DNA of 64,000 nt from Klebsormidium nitens (taxonomy: Eukaryota; Plantae; Klebsormidiophyceae): contig DF237456.1 of the NCBI GenBank assembly GCA_000708835.1, positions 1 to 64,000 on the forward strand, given 5' to 3'. The notes under the pieces are model-generated. The model worked only from the letters and a program-made list of their open reading frames with translations, did no database searches and was not told where the DNA came from. Positions 26,601-37,398 of this stretch are shown one piece after another; position 1 is the first letter of the stretch, and the number at the start of each line of letters is the position of its first letter. The translations under genes and the position numbers were made by a program.

Positions 26601-29600
26601 ACATCCGCAGGACATGGACCCGTTGGACGAGACGCGGATCCATCCTCTCCAGTACAATGTCGCTACCGCGCTCTGCAAGGCGGCCTGGCTTGCGGAACAG
26701 GACCTGACTGCAGAGGAAGCGAATGAGGACGACCTAGAGATGGCAGTCCAAGAGATCGCAGGTGCGAGTTGGGCTCATTTTATCGTTCCTCGTACCCTTC
26801 TTCCTACCTCTCTTGTTCTGTGTTGCTTCTCGCGTCGCTGTCTCCAACCAAAATAGCCTGGGGAGTTTTGGCTGTGTTCGAAAGCAGAGGCCGTGTATCA
26901 GGCACTTTCCGCATTGAGCCGACTTGATACACCCAAACCTTCTATCTGGAGTTCACGAACGTCGAGCACTTTCGCACTTGCAGAGCGGCCGGACCTGATC
27001 AAGAAGGTTGACCTTGAGCGGTTTGCACGGGAACACGAGGCGGAGCATGGGGACCTCGGCCCCACTCTCCAGCTCATCAAGGTGAACCTTATAGATCTCA
27101 AGGTCCAATGCTTGGCAGCTTCTTGATGATGAGAGATAGTCTGAACCGGCACGGCGCTCCCTCTTGTTCTGTTTTCTGCTCGGTGTTCCCGACTAAGGGG
27201 GAACCTTATACTTCGCAGGATACTGTATCGCTCATTTTTTCTCGAGTGTGTTTTCCAGCGGGTACAAGTTCTTTCCCTCTCTTTGTGCCAGGTTTTTCCC
27301 CCTTGAACTGCTTTCGGTTGCTTGGCCATTCTTTCGTGCCCGATTTCTGCCCCTCGAAAGAATCTCCGGAAGCCGTCTGCAGAGCTGCGGGGCTGTGCAG
27401 GATGAACCTCGCTCGAGTACCGATCGTCCTTCCCTGAGGACGAATACCTCTCCCAATACCTCTCCTCATTTTCTTCCCGATTACTCTTCTCGAACATCTC
27501 TCCTCACTATTTGTGCCCGGTTTTCCGTTTCTCGTATCATGATTGAGCCCCGGTCCTCCTCTTTAGCCTTGCCTTACCACTTTGTGCCCGGTTCTTCCTC
27601 CCAGGCGGAGCTCCTTGAGCTGTACGCAGAGTGGCGGGTGCCTGAGTCCTCTAAGGTCCTGGTTCCTTCCTACAAGACACCCTTCCGAACCTTTCCCTTA
27701 CAAGCTTCTCCCGGTTTCTCCTCATCTGTACCCAATTTCTCACAATCCGTGCCCCAGTCCTCACTATCTTTGGCGGGTTCCTTACAATCCAGGCCCGGTT
27801 CCTCACAGTTTGTGCAACCATTTCCTCACGATTTGCCCCCGGTTCCTCAACATCTGTGGCCGGTTCCTCAACATCTGCAGCCGGTTCCTCACAATCTGTG
27901 GCCTGTTCCTCACAGTTCGTGCCCGGTTTTTCACAAACTGTGCCCGGTTTCTCATTATTTGCGGCCGGTTCCTCACAGTTCGTGCCCGGTTCCTCACGAT
28001 CTGCAGCCGGTTCCTCAAAATTTGTGCAACCGTTTCCTCACAATCTGCGGCCGGTTCCTCAGAGCTTGCGGCCAATTCCACACAACTTGTGCCCGGATCC
28101 CCATGATTGTGCCCGGTTCCTCACTATTTTTGTGCCCGGTTCTTCCTCCCAGGCGGAGCTCCTGGAGCCATACGCGGAGTGGCGGGTGCCTTACCGGCAG
28201 CCCAACGTGGACGAGCTCTTCTCGCTGCTGACCGGCGAATCGGACGAGACCCTGCAAAAGGGCCAAATCGTACAGGTAGGGCGGTTAAACTAACCCTGGT
28301 TGAACCGCCCAACATTTCCGCATGCTCGCGTTGGGTTTGGCGTCGATTAAGAATTGACCTATCCAGTTTCACTGCATTCACGCTTTTGCATCCAAACGGA
28401 TGAAGTCGAATCTGGCGTCAAGCAGGTTCTTCGAAGCCAAACCCTTGCCCTAATTAAGCAAAGCATAAACAAACTCTGGTTCCGTATAACCCACGATCTC
28501 GTTCTTTGAAATCCCAGCCCTCAACCTCTTCCACACAGGCAACGGTACGGCGGGTGATGAAGGAACGCATCTTCTGCGCGCTCGAGTCGGGTCTCACGGC
28601 GTTCGTCAAGTTCGACGAGCTGTCAGACGATGGCAGCATGGCCGCAGCGGAGATCGTAGACAAGTTGGCCGAGGGTCAAGTGCTGACTGCGTGGTCAGTC
28701 TGGATGCATCTTTGTTTTCTTGTTTCTTCTTTTCCCAGTCTAGTTTTTGCTTTTTTCAGTGTGCTTGTGCAGAAAGTGGCAAGGAATGTTAAGACAAGCT
28801 GGCGGAGGGTCAAGTGCTGACTGCGCGTTGACTTTTCGCCGCTTCTTCTCTCAGAGTCTGTTATATTTCCATTGCCCTTTTTACTTTCTGGTTCAATCTT
28901 TCTTGCGGAGAGTAGAGGGTCAGGTGCTCACTGCGTGGTGGAGTGTCACGCTTGCATTTCTAGATTGAAGTTTTCTTTATCTCAAAAGAGTCCTTGTTCT
29001 TTTCATCACCCATGCAAAGCGTTGCAAAAAAAGACAAGCGGGCCGAGGGCCAAGTGCTGACTGTGTGGTGGGTATCACGAGTTTTGCATCTGATGTTTCT
29101 CGTTTTCTGTTTTACGCACTAGACGAGCAACCAATTAGCAGAGAGAATCGAAACATGCAAAAAGTGATTTCATTCAACATTAGTATCATTCACGGCGGAA
29201 CACTGGCCTGCAGCGTCATAGAAATTGACAAGAAGGAGTTCAAGGTGGAGCTCTCGTGCAAGGGGTCGTACCTGCGGCGCGAGAAGCACTACCAGAAGCC
29301 CAAGTTCACGTGGTCGTATGAGGACCCCACAGTGATCGAGGAGTACGACCGGGCCAAGAAGAAGTGAGCACTGCCACGTCAGCACATGCAGGATCGTTTT
29401 CTTTCTTATCCCGCGCCCATTTGATCCAACCGGTTCAAAATGTCGTTGCTGTGCGGAACAACCCCGCGCTTTTTGAAGAGGACGACCGGCCCAAAAGGAA
29501 GTGAGCATTGCCACGTCAGCAATTGCCACGTCAGCACGTAGGATACCCGTCTTTTCAGGATCGCGGTCAAGCCAACCACTTAAGGACGTTCCTTTCAGCC

Positions 29601-32600
29601 TGCAGAATGGAGTCCGGGACATGATAGGGCTAAGCGGAATTAGGATGCGTTGCCTAGGTACTTCAGAAGCGTCAGTGATTATGCAACGGATTCAGGAGCA
29701 CGATTAAAACGAGGAACTCAAAAGAGAGGGGACGGAAAACCGGCGTTTCTTAAATGACATACTGGGCCGCAGAAGTTCTGAGAGCTCAGTTGATTGAAGA
29801 GAGACTCTCGGTAGCAGTTCCTCTCGACCCAAATCCATCTGAAGTTGGTTTCAAAAGGCCAATGAGGTTGAGAGGGGTTTTCTTGTTTGGCAAATACTTA
29901 TTGCAAATCAGGGCGACTGCGAGTCAACAGAATGAGACGTCCCTGCTGCTCATTTCATGTACCAAGGATTCGATACCCTAAATTCTTGGGCTCCTGTACT
30001 AACCGACAGGGCTACTTCTCTTAAGCATTGGCGGATTGCATCCAGTAGACAGAGGGGGACTCTCCTGTGTTTCGGTTGTGATTGATCCCGACGTCACAAG
30101 TACCTTATTCTTTGTCTGAGCCTTGCCGCTTGCGTCGCCGCAGGAAGGAGGCGCGGCGGCAGTACCGGCCGCGCATGATTCAGCACCCGCTGTTCAAGAA
30201 CTGCAACCTCCTGGAAGCCACCGCGATGCTGGACACGCAGGAGATTGGTGACGTGAGTCAAATCAAAAGATTCACAGGGTTTCCAGGTTTAGGTGGAAAG
30301 GATAATGCGCGTGACTTGTGCTTGTCTTGGCGTCTGTTGTCTCGGGGAAAGATGGAGGGTGTTCCATGTTCTCCCTTCTTCCGGCTTACGCTCTTTTGAT
30401 TCGATTCAGCAGTCGAATTATGTTTTCAACGGTTTTTGAAGCACTTTCGGATGCGACTTCCCTTCCTCCATGCTCGGCATACATAACGCTTTCTGTGAGT
30501 CTCGGTTTTGATAAGGCCTGACCCAGCTAAGCATCTCGAAAGTAGACCGAACCCGAACTGCACCCTGTCAATCGGAGCTACTGATTGCTCATAGTTAACG
30601 ATATTAAATGTTTCCTCAAACTTTCCTTCGTCTTCAGGTGATTCTTCGGCTGAGCAGCAAAGGCCCAACCCACTTGAGCATCTTTAATATGTAACAAATC
30701 CGAGATGCACGCTGTCAAAGCGAAGCTGCTGATCGCTCATATCCAACGTGATCAAACTTTTCATCAAGATTTCATTCCTCTTCAGGTGATATTTCGGCCG
30801 AGCAGCAAAGGCTCGCCGCACCTATGCATCTCGAATGTATAAACGAGTCTGATTTGCACACTGTCAAATTGAATTTCTGAGATTTTCACATCCAACGTAA
30901 ACAAGTTTTCGATAGAGTAAATTCCATCTTCAGGTGATCATCCGGCCGAGCAGCAAAGGCCCGACGCACCTGAGCATGACGATCAAGTTCTACACGGACG
31001 TGTACGCGCAGATCGACATCGAGGAGGGGGGCAAGGACAAGGCGGACCCCACCAGCTTCCTCAAGCTCGGCTCCACGCTCAAGATCGGGGACGAGATTTT
31101 CGAAGATCTCGACGAGGTGATTGCCGTTATGTCTTGATCAAATTCTAAAGTCGTTTATTTGATCTCCTCTTCCGCTTCTGGTTCCATACTAACTCTACTT
31201 CCTGTCGCCACTTTGTTTCGTTGGACTATTCTACGCTGTCTTTTCATCCCCTCTAAATTCCGGAACGAGGTCTTGGAGGACCTCGACGAGGTGACGGCAT
31301 CGTCTCGACTTTGTATGGACCGCCGCTCTGCTTCCTGCGATATTTGGTGTCTCCCACTACTCGTTATTATTTGCTGTTCTTGACTATATGCAGTATCACA
31401 TCTGTCTATGTGGATTCTGCCACTTGGAATAGTTTGATTTTTTGCTGACCACTGATGTTGAAAGTTCAACCTCTGCTATACGGTTTTGCAATCAAACCCC
31501 CCGATTGCAGAACTTGAACATCCCCTGATACATAAGCGCGCATGTTATCGCGCACTTGAACATCCCCTGATACATAAGCGCGCATGTTTCGCGCATATGC
31601 AGACGATGTCCGAGGAGGAGAACACCCAGAAATAGCGTGTCACTACCTTCCAGTTTCGTCTCTTGACTCATCATATGCTGCTCAGCCCTACTTCTAAATC
31701 CGCAGGTTATGGCGCGCTGCGTCGACCCGTTCGTGGATTTCCTGCGTAAGATGCTCGAGCACCTCGTATCTGATCAAACCCGCTCCAACCTAGCTTTTTA
31801 ACCTTGTCTTTTCGACAAGCCCCCGGTCACAGCTACCTACTTCGTGAGGTAGCTAATAAACCCTACCTTTAACCCCGCAACTTATGGCGCGCTACATCGA
31901 CCCGTTCGTCGACTTCCTGCGCAAGATGCTTGAGTACCTCGTCTAGAACCACACCTGCTCCGAACCAATATTCATCCGGGTCTCCCGAATGAGCCTAGAC
32001 CCATAAGGAGCCGTGGGAGTACTAATCAAACCTTTTAACCCCGCAGGTTATGGCGCGGTATATCGACCCCTTCGTCGACTTCCTCCGCAAGATGCTCGAG
32101 TACCGCAAGTTCAAGGCCGGGACCAAAAACGAAGTCGACGAGCTGCTGAAGCGCGAGAAAGCGCAAAACCCGCAGCGCGTCGCATACGCGATCTCTGTCA
32201 GCCAACAACACGCGGGCGCGTTCATGCTGTCATACATTCGGAACCAAAACCCGCACCACGAGTACATCTCGATTTCGTCCAAGGGGTATCGCTTCCGGCA
32301 TCAGCACTTCACGAGGTGAGGGTTGACGAGCTTTTGCGTTCAGCTGTGATGCATTTTAGAGGCTTAGGGTTCTTCTGCTCTCCAAATGTCGGGTGTTTGT
32401 CTTTGATCTGAAAGGACATATACACAAGACCAGAAGTCGCCCTGCGAGTACAGCGTGATTGCGCGCAAGGGAATTGCTTCTGGCAACAGCACTTGACAAA
32501 TCGAAGCGAGCGTTTGCATTGAGCTGCCACAATTCAGACGGCTTGAGGAGCTTAGGGTTTTAATCTGCGTTCAGCATTTTGGGGGCTCATGTGTTGTAGT

Positions 32601-33610
32601 GTTCAATGACGCGTCAAACCTAGATAACAACGATGTGCACCAGCGATGCCGCATAGTCCAGCAAAATGCAAAGAGTCTGCCTACTGAAGCTGGTAGCCGT
32701 GGCGAAAAACCCGACTTACGGACGTCAGCAACTCTGTTGTGGGGCCAACGCCTCCCGGCACCTGCTCTCTACGAGGGGAAATACTGCCCGCTCCTGTTGA
32801 TACTGACTGTTACTCAGCACGCAATCAAGCGTGGGCCCTTTTCTGAAACACTTCATTTTCCTCTGCAGCCCCGACCGCTTAGTCCAGTACTTCCAGAAGC
32901 ACATCAACGACCCGGTGGTTCAACAGGAAGCAGCCCCCCCTCGGAGAGCTCCGGCGTCTGTTGTGCCCCTCCCGTTACAGCGACCCCCCCAGGGACACGC
33001 TCAGAAAGCGGGAGGGTGGGATCAAGGCGCACCGCGGCCCCCGCAGCCAGGTGAGCAGAAAACCCATTTTTTGCTTTTTCTTTGCGGGGGGTACCCGCGT
33101 GTGTCCTCTTTACAGGGTTGGTTTTGCTAAGCTGCATAAGAGCCTTTCTCGACCTTTGAAGAGTTGACAGTAAATGTTTTGCCACGTTTGCTTCGAAGAC
33201 TCGTTTCGGTAGCCCACGTTTCCCCTCTGAACACCCTCGCAAAGTTCGAAAACTCACGCAATCAGGGTCTCGGTTCTTCTGTGCTTCGCCGGACTTCGGG
33301 CGATACATTGATGCGACTCGCAAATACAACTGTCTTCCAATCTACCTCTCCAGATTATCACAACGGTCATCAAGACTGGCAGCCAAGTGATTCCAGCCAA
33401 CCCTACAACACCACATGGGGCTCCGGTTGGTCACAGGGGCAACCCCCGCCGCCGCCCCCCGGGCCACCGCCGCCCCCTGGAGCGCCGCCCCCGCCACCTC
33501 CGGGGGCGCCTCAGTCACAGTCCGCAGAGTGGGCTGGGCACGGAGATTGGGCCCCCGGGAGTGGGTATGGAGGCCAGCAAGGATACGCGCAGTATTCAGG
33601 GGGCCACTAG
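14628..33610 (+). CDS. SPT6: Transcription elongation factor / histone chaperone SPT6, 26 exons, 1619 aa
   Basis: Exons: 14628-14643, 15236-15379, 15960-16089, 16507-16585, 17022-17151, 17749-17881, 18349-18505, 19108-19305, 19942-20142, 20667-20942, 21660-21890, 22304-22723, 23220-23447, 23950-24231, 24644-24967, 25716-25949, 26611-26761, 26984-27081, 28153-28275, 28539-28693, 29214-29363, 30144-30252, 30934-31116, 32047-32315, 32869-33050, 33354-33610 (4860 nt, phase-consistent). It has an acidic N-terminus (LDEDDYDLI), RIRTTDIPERFQ, IPYIGMYRKE, YqgF-like (RVLAVCWGPG), HhH (FVPGLGPRKA), DPLDETRIHP, an S1 domain and tandem SH2 (RMIQHPLFKN...IIRPSSKGPTHL). Confidence 0.95.
25228..25775 (+). 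repeat. Array of 3 diverged intronic copies of the SPT6 exon-16 acceptor plus exon head (period about 160 bp)
   Basis: ttccag|GT(G/T)G..AT(C/T)(G/A)ATGTGAA..CACGAG occurs with exon-head starts at 25233, 25393, 25551 and the functional one at 25716 (spacings 160, 158, 165). Confidence 0.9.
27780..28145 (+). repeat. Intronic minisatellite, about 21-bp unit (consensus like ccggttcctcacaatctgcgg)
   Basis: Repeated ccggttcctca motifs. Translation gives a 7-aa period (PVPQHLW PVPQHLQ PVPHNLW PVPHSSC...). It lies in SPT6 intron 18, just upstream of the exon-19 acceptor. Confidence 0.9.
28660..29072 (+). repeat. SPT6 exon-20 tail/donor followed by 3 diverged intronic copies
   Basis: gagggtcaagtgctgactgcgtgg at 28671 (exon), with copies at 28805, 28915 and 29045. 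Confidence 0.85.
30630..30978 (+). repeat. Two intronic copies of the SPT6 exon-23 acceptor plus head (period 148 bp)
   Basis: tcttcag|GTGAT..CGGC(C/T)GAGCAGCAAAGGC with heads at 30638, 30786 and functional 30934. Confidence 0.9.
31512..31588. repeat. Local tandem duplication, 42-bp period, in SPT6 intron 23
   Basis: acttgaacatcccctgatacataagcgcgcatgtt at 31512-31546 and 31554-31588. Confidence 0.85.
31700..32105 (+). repeat. Two intronic copies of the SPT6 exon-24 acceptor plus head
   Basis: (G/C)TTATGGCGCG..TCGACCC.TTCGT.GA.TTCCT.CG.AAGATGCT.GAG at 31706, 31881 (its AG is mutated to AA) and functional 32047. Confidence 0.9.
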
Positions 33611-35434
33611 TGTCGACTATATTGGGGAACATATTAGAGTTTGGTGCTACTGATCTGTGCCAAACTAGGCAGAATTTTGGCAGAGGACGGGACTCTTGGA
33701 TGGTATTCGAAAATCGGCCCAACTGTTGTATACCATCGCATCGGTTCTTTATGAGGGTGCTCGAAAGGTACATTTGACATCATGTACCTCGATGCAGTAC
33801 GTGGTCCGACGGAATGCAGAAATATTGGCGCTAGCTCAAAGGTGTCTCCTGCATTTTTCCGTGAAGGTTGGAAACGTGGCTGGAAAGAAACTTCTGAGTT
33901 GACACGTTGGTGATGAGTTGATCAGGCATGCTTTGTTCAAAAATGCGTGTTTGCATCTATAGATTAACGCCATGACCGTCATATGTGCTTGCCGCTGACA
34001 TATACAGACATTGTATAGCGCATGCGTACGAACTGTGTACGGGTCAGATCAGGTTACTGCATTTCAATCTGCAGTGCGGACTGTTGGAGTCCGACAAATG
34101 AATGTTTGATTGACGGTCAGCGCTGCCTGCCACGGATATCCATGGACTTGCTCTGATGACGTTTGATAATGATCCAAGTTGAAAGACGGTTAGCAAGCTG
34201 CTGTCAGGACCATTAATTAATTGCGGCAAAAAGAATGCGGCCTTCCCGCGGCAAGTACATGAGCTGACGTAGATTAATCCCGCTCAGTGGGGCAAAATTT
34301 TTGGCAGCATGATTCCCACACTTCAATGGTTTAGGCGTGGCCGTGCTTAAGAAGGCTTCACCATCTCCTTCAAACAGATCTTATTTTGACAGGTTTTTGG
34401 AGTCAGATGGCCAGCTAGGCTCGGAATGCGCAGCCGCGCCCTACGTGACATGCTGTAAGCGCGCTATTTTTTTTACCTTTTTCTGCAACGTCAGTGCGTG
34501 CTCAATCGAAGCGCAGTATCCTGTACTTCTAACAGAGCGTACCGTTAACCGAGCGGCCCGGTGGGTTGAGGCTTGCAAAATACCCGTAAACAAGTACTAG
34601 AGGACTAACATAGATTCATTGTACGTCGGACAAGGATTATCTTTCTGACCATGGGTGCATGGATGAAGACGTACCTGGCACTTTTGGGCGCGCAGATTGA
34701 AGTGATGGAACGATTGTAGGCGTTTCCTTCTTGCGTTCTTGTCTCAGAGAATCTTTCGGCGCCAGATCATTAAGATGACTAGCTGGCAAATAGTCGATCT
34801 AGGTAGCGCGTTCACGAGCTCCTCTGCAGGCGAAGTCTTCACAGAGAGTAGTCGCACTCACAGAGAGAGCTTCGATCTACCAACGCTCTCAGAGTCCTTA
34901 GGCCGACTGGCGAATGCGTCTAGGCGGAGCCCGGCTGCTGTGATATTGGAAAAAGCGCCATGGAGGGTCATTTTTCAAAGGACCATGGCTCGTCGCCATA
35001 CTAGTTCGGATACGCGCGGAAGCGGCCCGGCTGCGCAGCGGACCGCGCGCGCGCTCGTCGTCGGCCTTAACCCGCGGCCGACTAAGCCAGGCTCCTCGAA
35101 GCCGCGAAAGCGGGTTTGGGGTTTCGCCCATGAAACCCACCGTGCGCACCGCGGCCGCCGAGATCGGTGGCGCCAAGTGCAAGGCGTAGACTCTTCTCAT
35201 CGAACTATCTGATCAAATGTGATCAACTGGTATTCCACGCATGTAGCCGCACACCTGCAACTGGAATCTTAGTTTATATTCTTTGTTACTTCTGTTTCAT
35301 CAGCGAAGTAGCGCGCGCTGCATCAGCTAAAGAACGTCAAGGAGTGCAGTGAAAAACCCTGCAGCATTAAAACGGAGAAGATCAGCTTTTGTTTTCAGGA
35401 TAGCGAAGACCGGTGGCTCCGCGAAGCAGGAGAG

Positions 35435-36503
35435 ATGGAGGCCCTAAACGCGCACCTCTTCGACTATGTGTTGGGCTTCCTCACGCCAGACGAGGCGTGC
35501 AAGGTGGCTGTCGCTTCCAAGACGCTGAGGGGATTGATCAATGAAAGCTCAATGTGGAAGACCTGGTGCGAGCGTGAATGCCCCTCCCTCACGACCTCTC
35601 CAGCAAGTGAGCTTGTGCGCGCACACTATGGCTCAGAACGTGGTGTCAGCTACAAAACACTGTACGCAAAGTTGGGAAACAACCAGTGTGACAAGTTGAC
35701 TTCCAGCTCAAGCCAACCTGAATGCACCTGCAGTAACAAGGGAACGACCACTTTGGAACAGTCAGAATACGTCATGCTGATGGACGTTCACGTCAGGGGG
35801 GAGGCCCGTCTGTTCTCCTCATCGGAGGGCAGCGAGATGGCTCCGAGCTTCCAAGGCCGCCAGGAAGACTGGGAGTTTGACCTTCTTGGAGATCGCAGAT
35901 GTGTGGCAGTTGTGGAGGGGATGCACGAACCGGGAGCTCAGGAAACAAATCCTCTCCGCTTTTCAGGAGGTCAGTCGAAACCACTGTAAGATGCATTTCA
36001 CATCTGAGGCCCCCCCAGAGCGGGTGAAGCTGCTCGAACAGGACGTGATGCTGTTCTCTTGGAGGCTCATGCGCAAGGCTGACGGGGCGATGCAGGCTTT
36101 GCTAGAGAGGGAGCCGGTGACTGTGAAAGATCAAGGCGCACGACCTTCCCGTATGTGTAGCGCTGGGTGCGCCCGGCGCGAGGCACCCTACCATCTGCGC
36201 TTGGAAGCAAAAGCGACCGTGAAGGACAAAGATGGGAGAAAGTTTGACTCCTTTCAGAGTGTAATGCGCTTGAGATGCTATTTCGAGAATCCTCATGCTG
36301 ATGGAAGCCTCGAAACCTGGGCTCGTGTGGCTCCCCTGCCGGCGTGGGATCCGCCTGTTTCGGAGTCACAGGGGTTTTCGCTGGAAGTAGGGCTTGTCGA
36401 GTATAGATGCATAGATCCTTTTAATGATTACCACAACTGGCAATACGTGGGGGCCTCTGACTTCAACTTTCTTCTCAAAAAATTTCTTCGAAGGTGGTTC
36501 TAA
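35435..36503 (+). pseudogene. Intronless F-box domain protein gene interrupted by a one-base frameshift near 35850-35880 (pseudogene or assembly error); about 355 aa if repaired
   Basis: ORF 35435-35989 starts with an F-box (LNAHLFDYVLGFLTPDEACKVAVASKTLRGLINESSMWKTWC). Protein-like sequence continues in an overlapping frame that is open from 35781 to 36503. I found no convincing intron that restores the frame. Confidence 0.6.
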
Positions 36504-37398
36504 GCAACACATCAGACTAAAGACTGGTCATGTCATCATTGTCACTTGTTTTTCGAAAAGCGGGCGAATTGGGGCGGGCCGCCACATCAGAGGTGTACTT
36601 TCTTAAGCTAGCTTACGGAACTGATCCTTAAGTGCGCTCTCCTTATTCTCAAAGAGCTGGGCTTAGAAGCTCAGACCAGATTCAGAGCTCGTGAACAAAC
36701 GGCATGCTTGAGTTCACACATGTGCAGAGTTTATGTATATGACTCACTAGGCTAGCACCCTAAACTTTGGGTGAATGCGCTTTTCAATGAGATCCGCGCC
36801 GTCTCGCCAATAAGTCTTGTTCCTGCCGCTCTAGCTAGCTAGCGGCAGATTCTCGCGCCTCTAATGAGTGGATTCAAGGACCTGCTAAGTGCATGATTCC
36901 AAGATTGTACTTAATCATCATGACGACAGCTCATATTAAGGACACATTGTAATTCTGTACCAGTGTCCTGCGCCGTGTAAGCCCTTAGGCGGCGCGCCCT
37001 CAAACAACTTGCCCATGTGAAGTACACGTACAGCTGGACAAAGCGCTGCGCGGGAAGGCTCGAGATACACAAAGACAACTGGCAGCGCATAGTACCGAAC
37101 TTCAATTTCTTCAAACTCAGGACGCTGCGTTCCTCAATCTTGTCCAGCTGGCACGTTGCAGGCCATTTTGAAAACGGCCTGGCGACTGTACGGAGCTTGC
37201 CACGAATAATTCAACTCTGCGAGCTTCGCCGAAGGCATCATCTTTGCCTTGACGGCAAAAACATGGATGAGAAATTAAGGTTGACGGTATTGATGGCATG
37301 CCTTACAGGTTTGCATGGAAATATTTTCCTTTTCTACATACTGTACTGTGGAGACGCCGGACTCCGTAACCCACTAGCCCTCATCATGCGTGCACAAG

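Noticed and set aside
27780-28145. Possible CRISPR-like array
   Set aside because: Units are contiguous and degenerate with no unique spacers; eukaryotic intron; no cas genes.
27248-28231. 327-aa ORF with 7-aa repeats (and overlapping 174- and 145-aa ORFs)
   Set aside because: Produced by translating the stop-poor 21-bp intronic minisatellite and an exon echo inside SPT6 intron 18.
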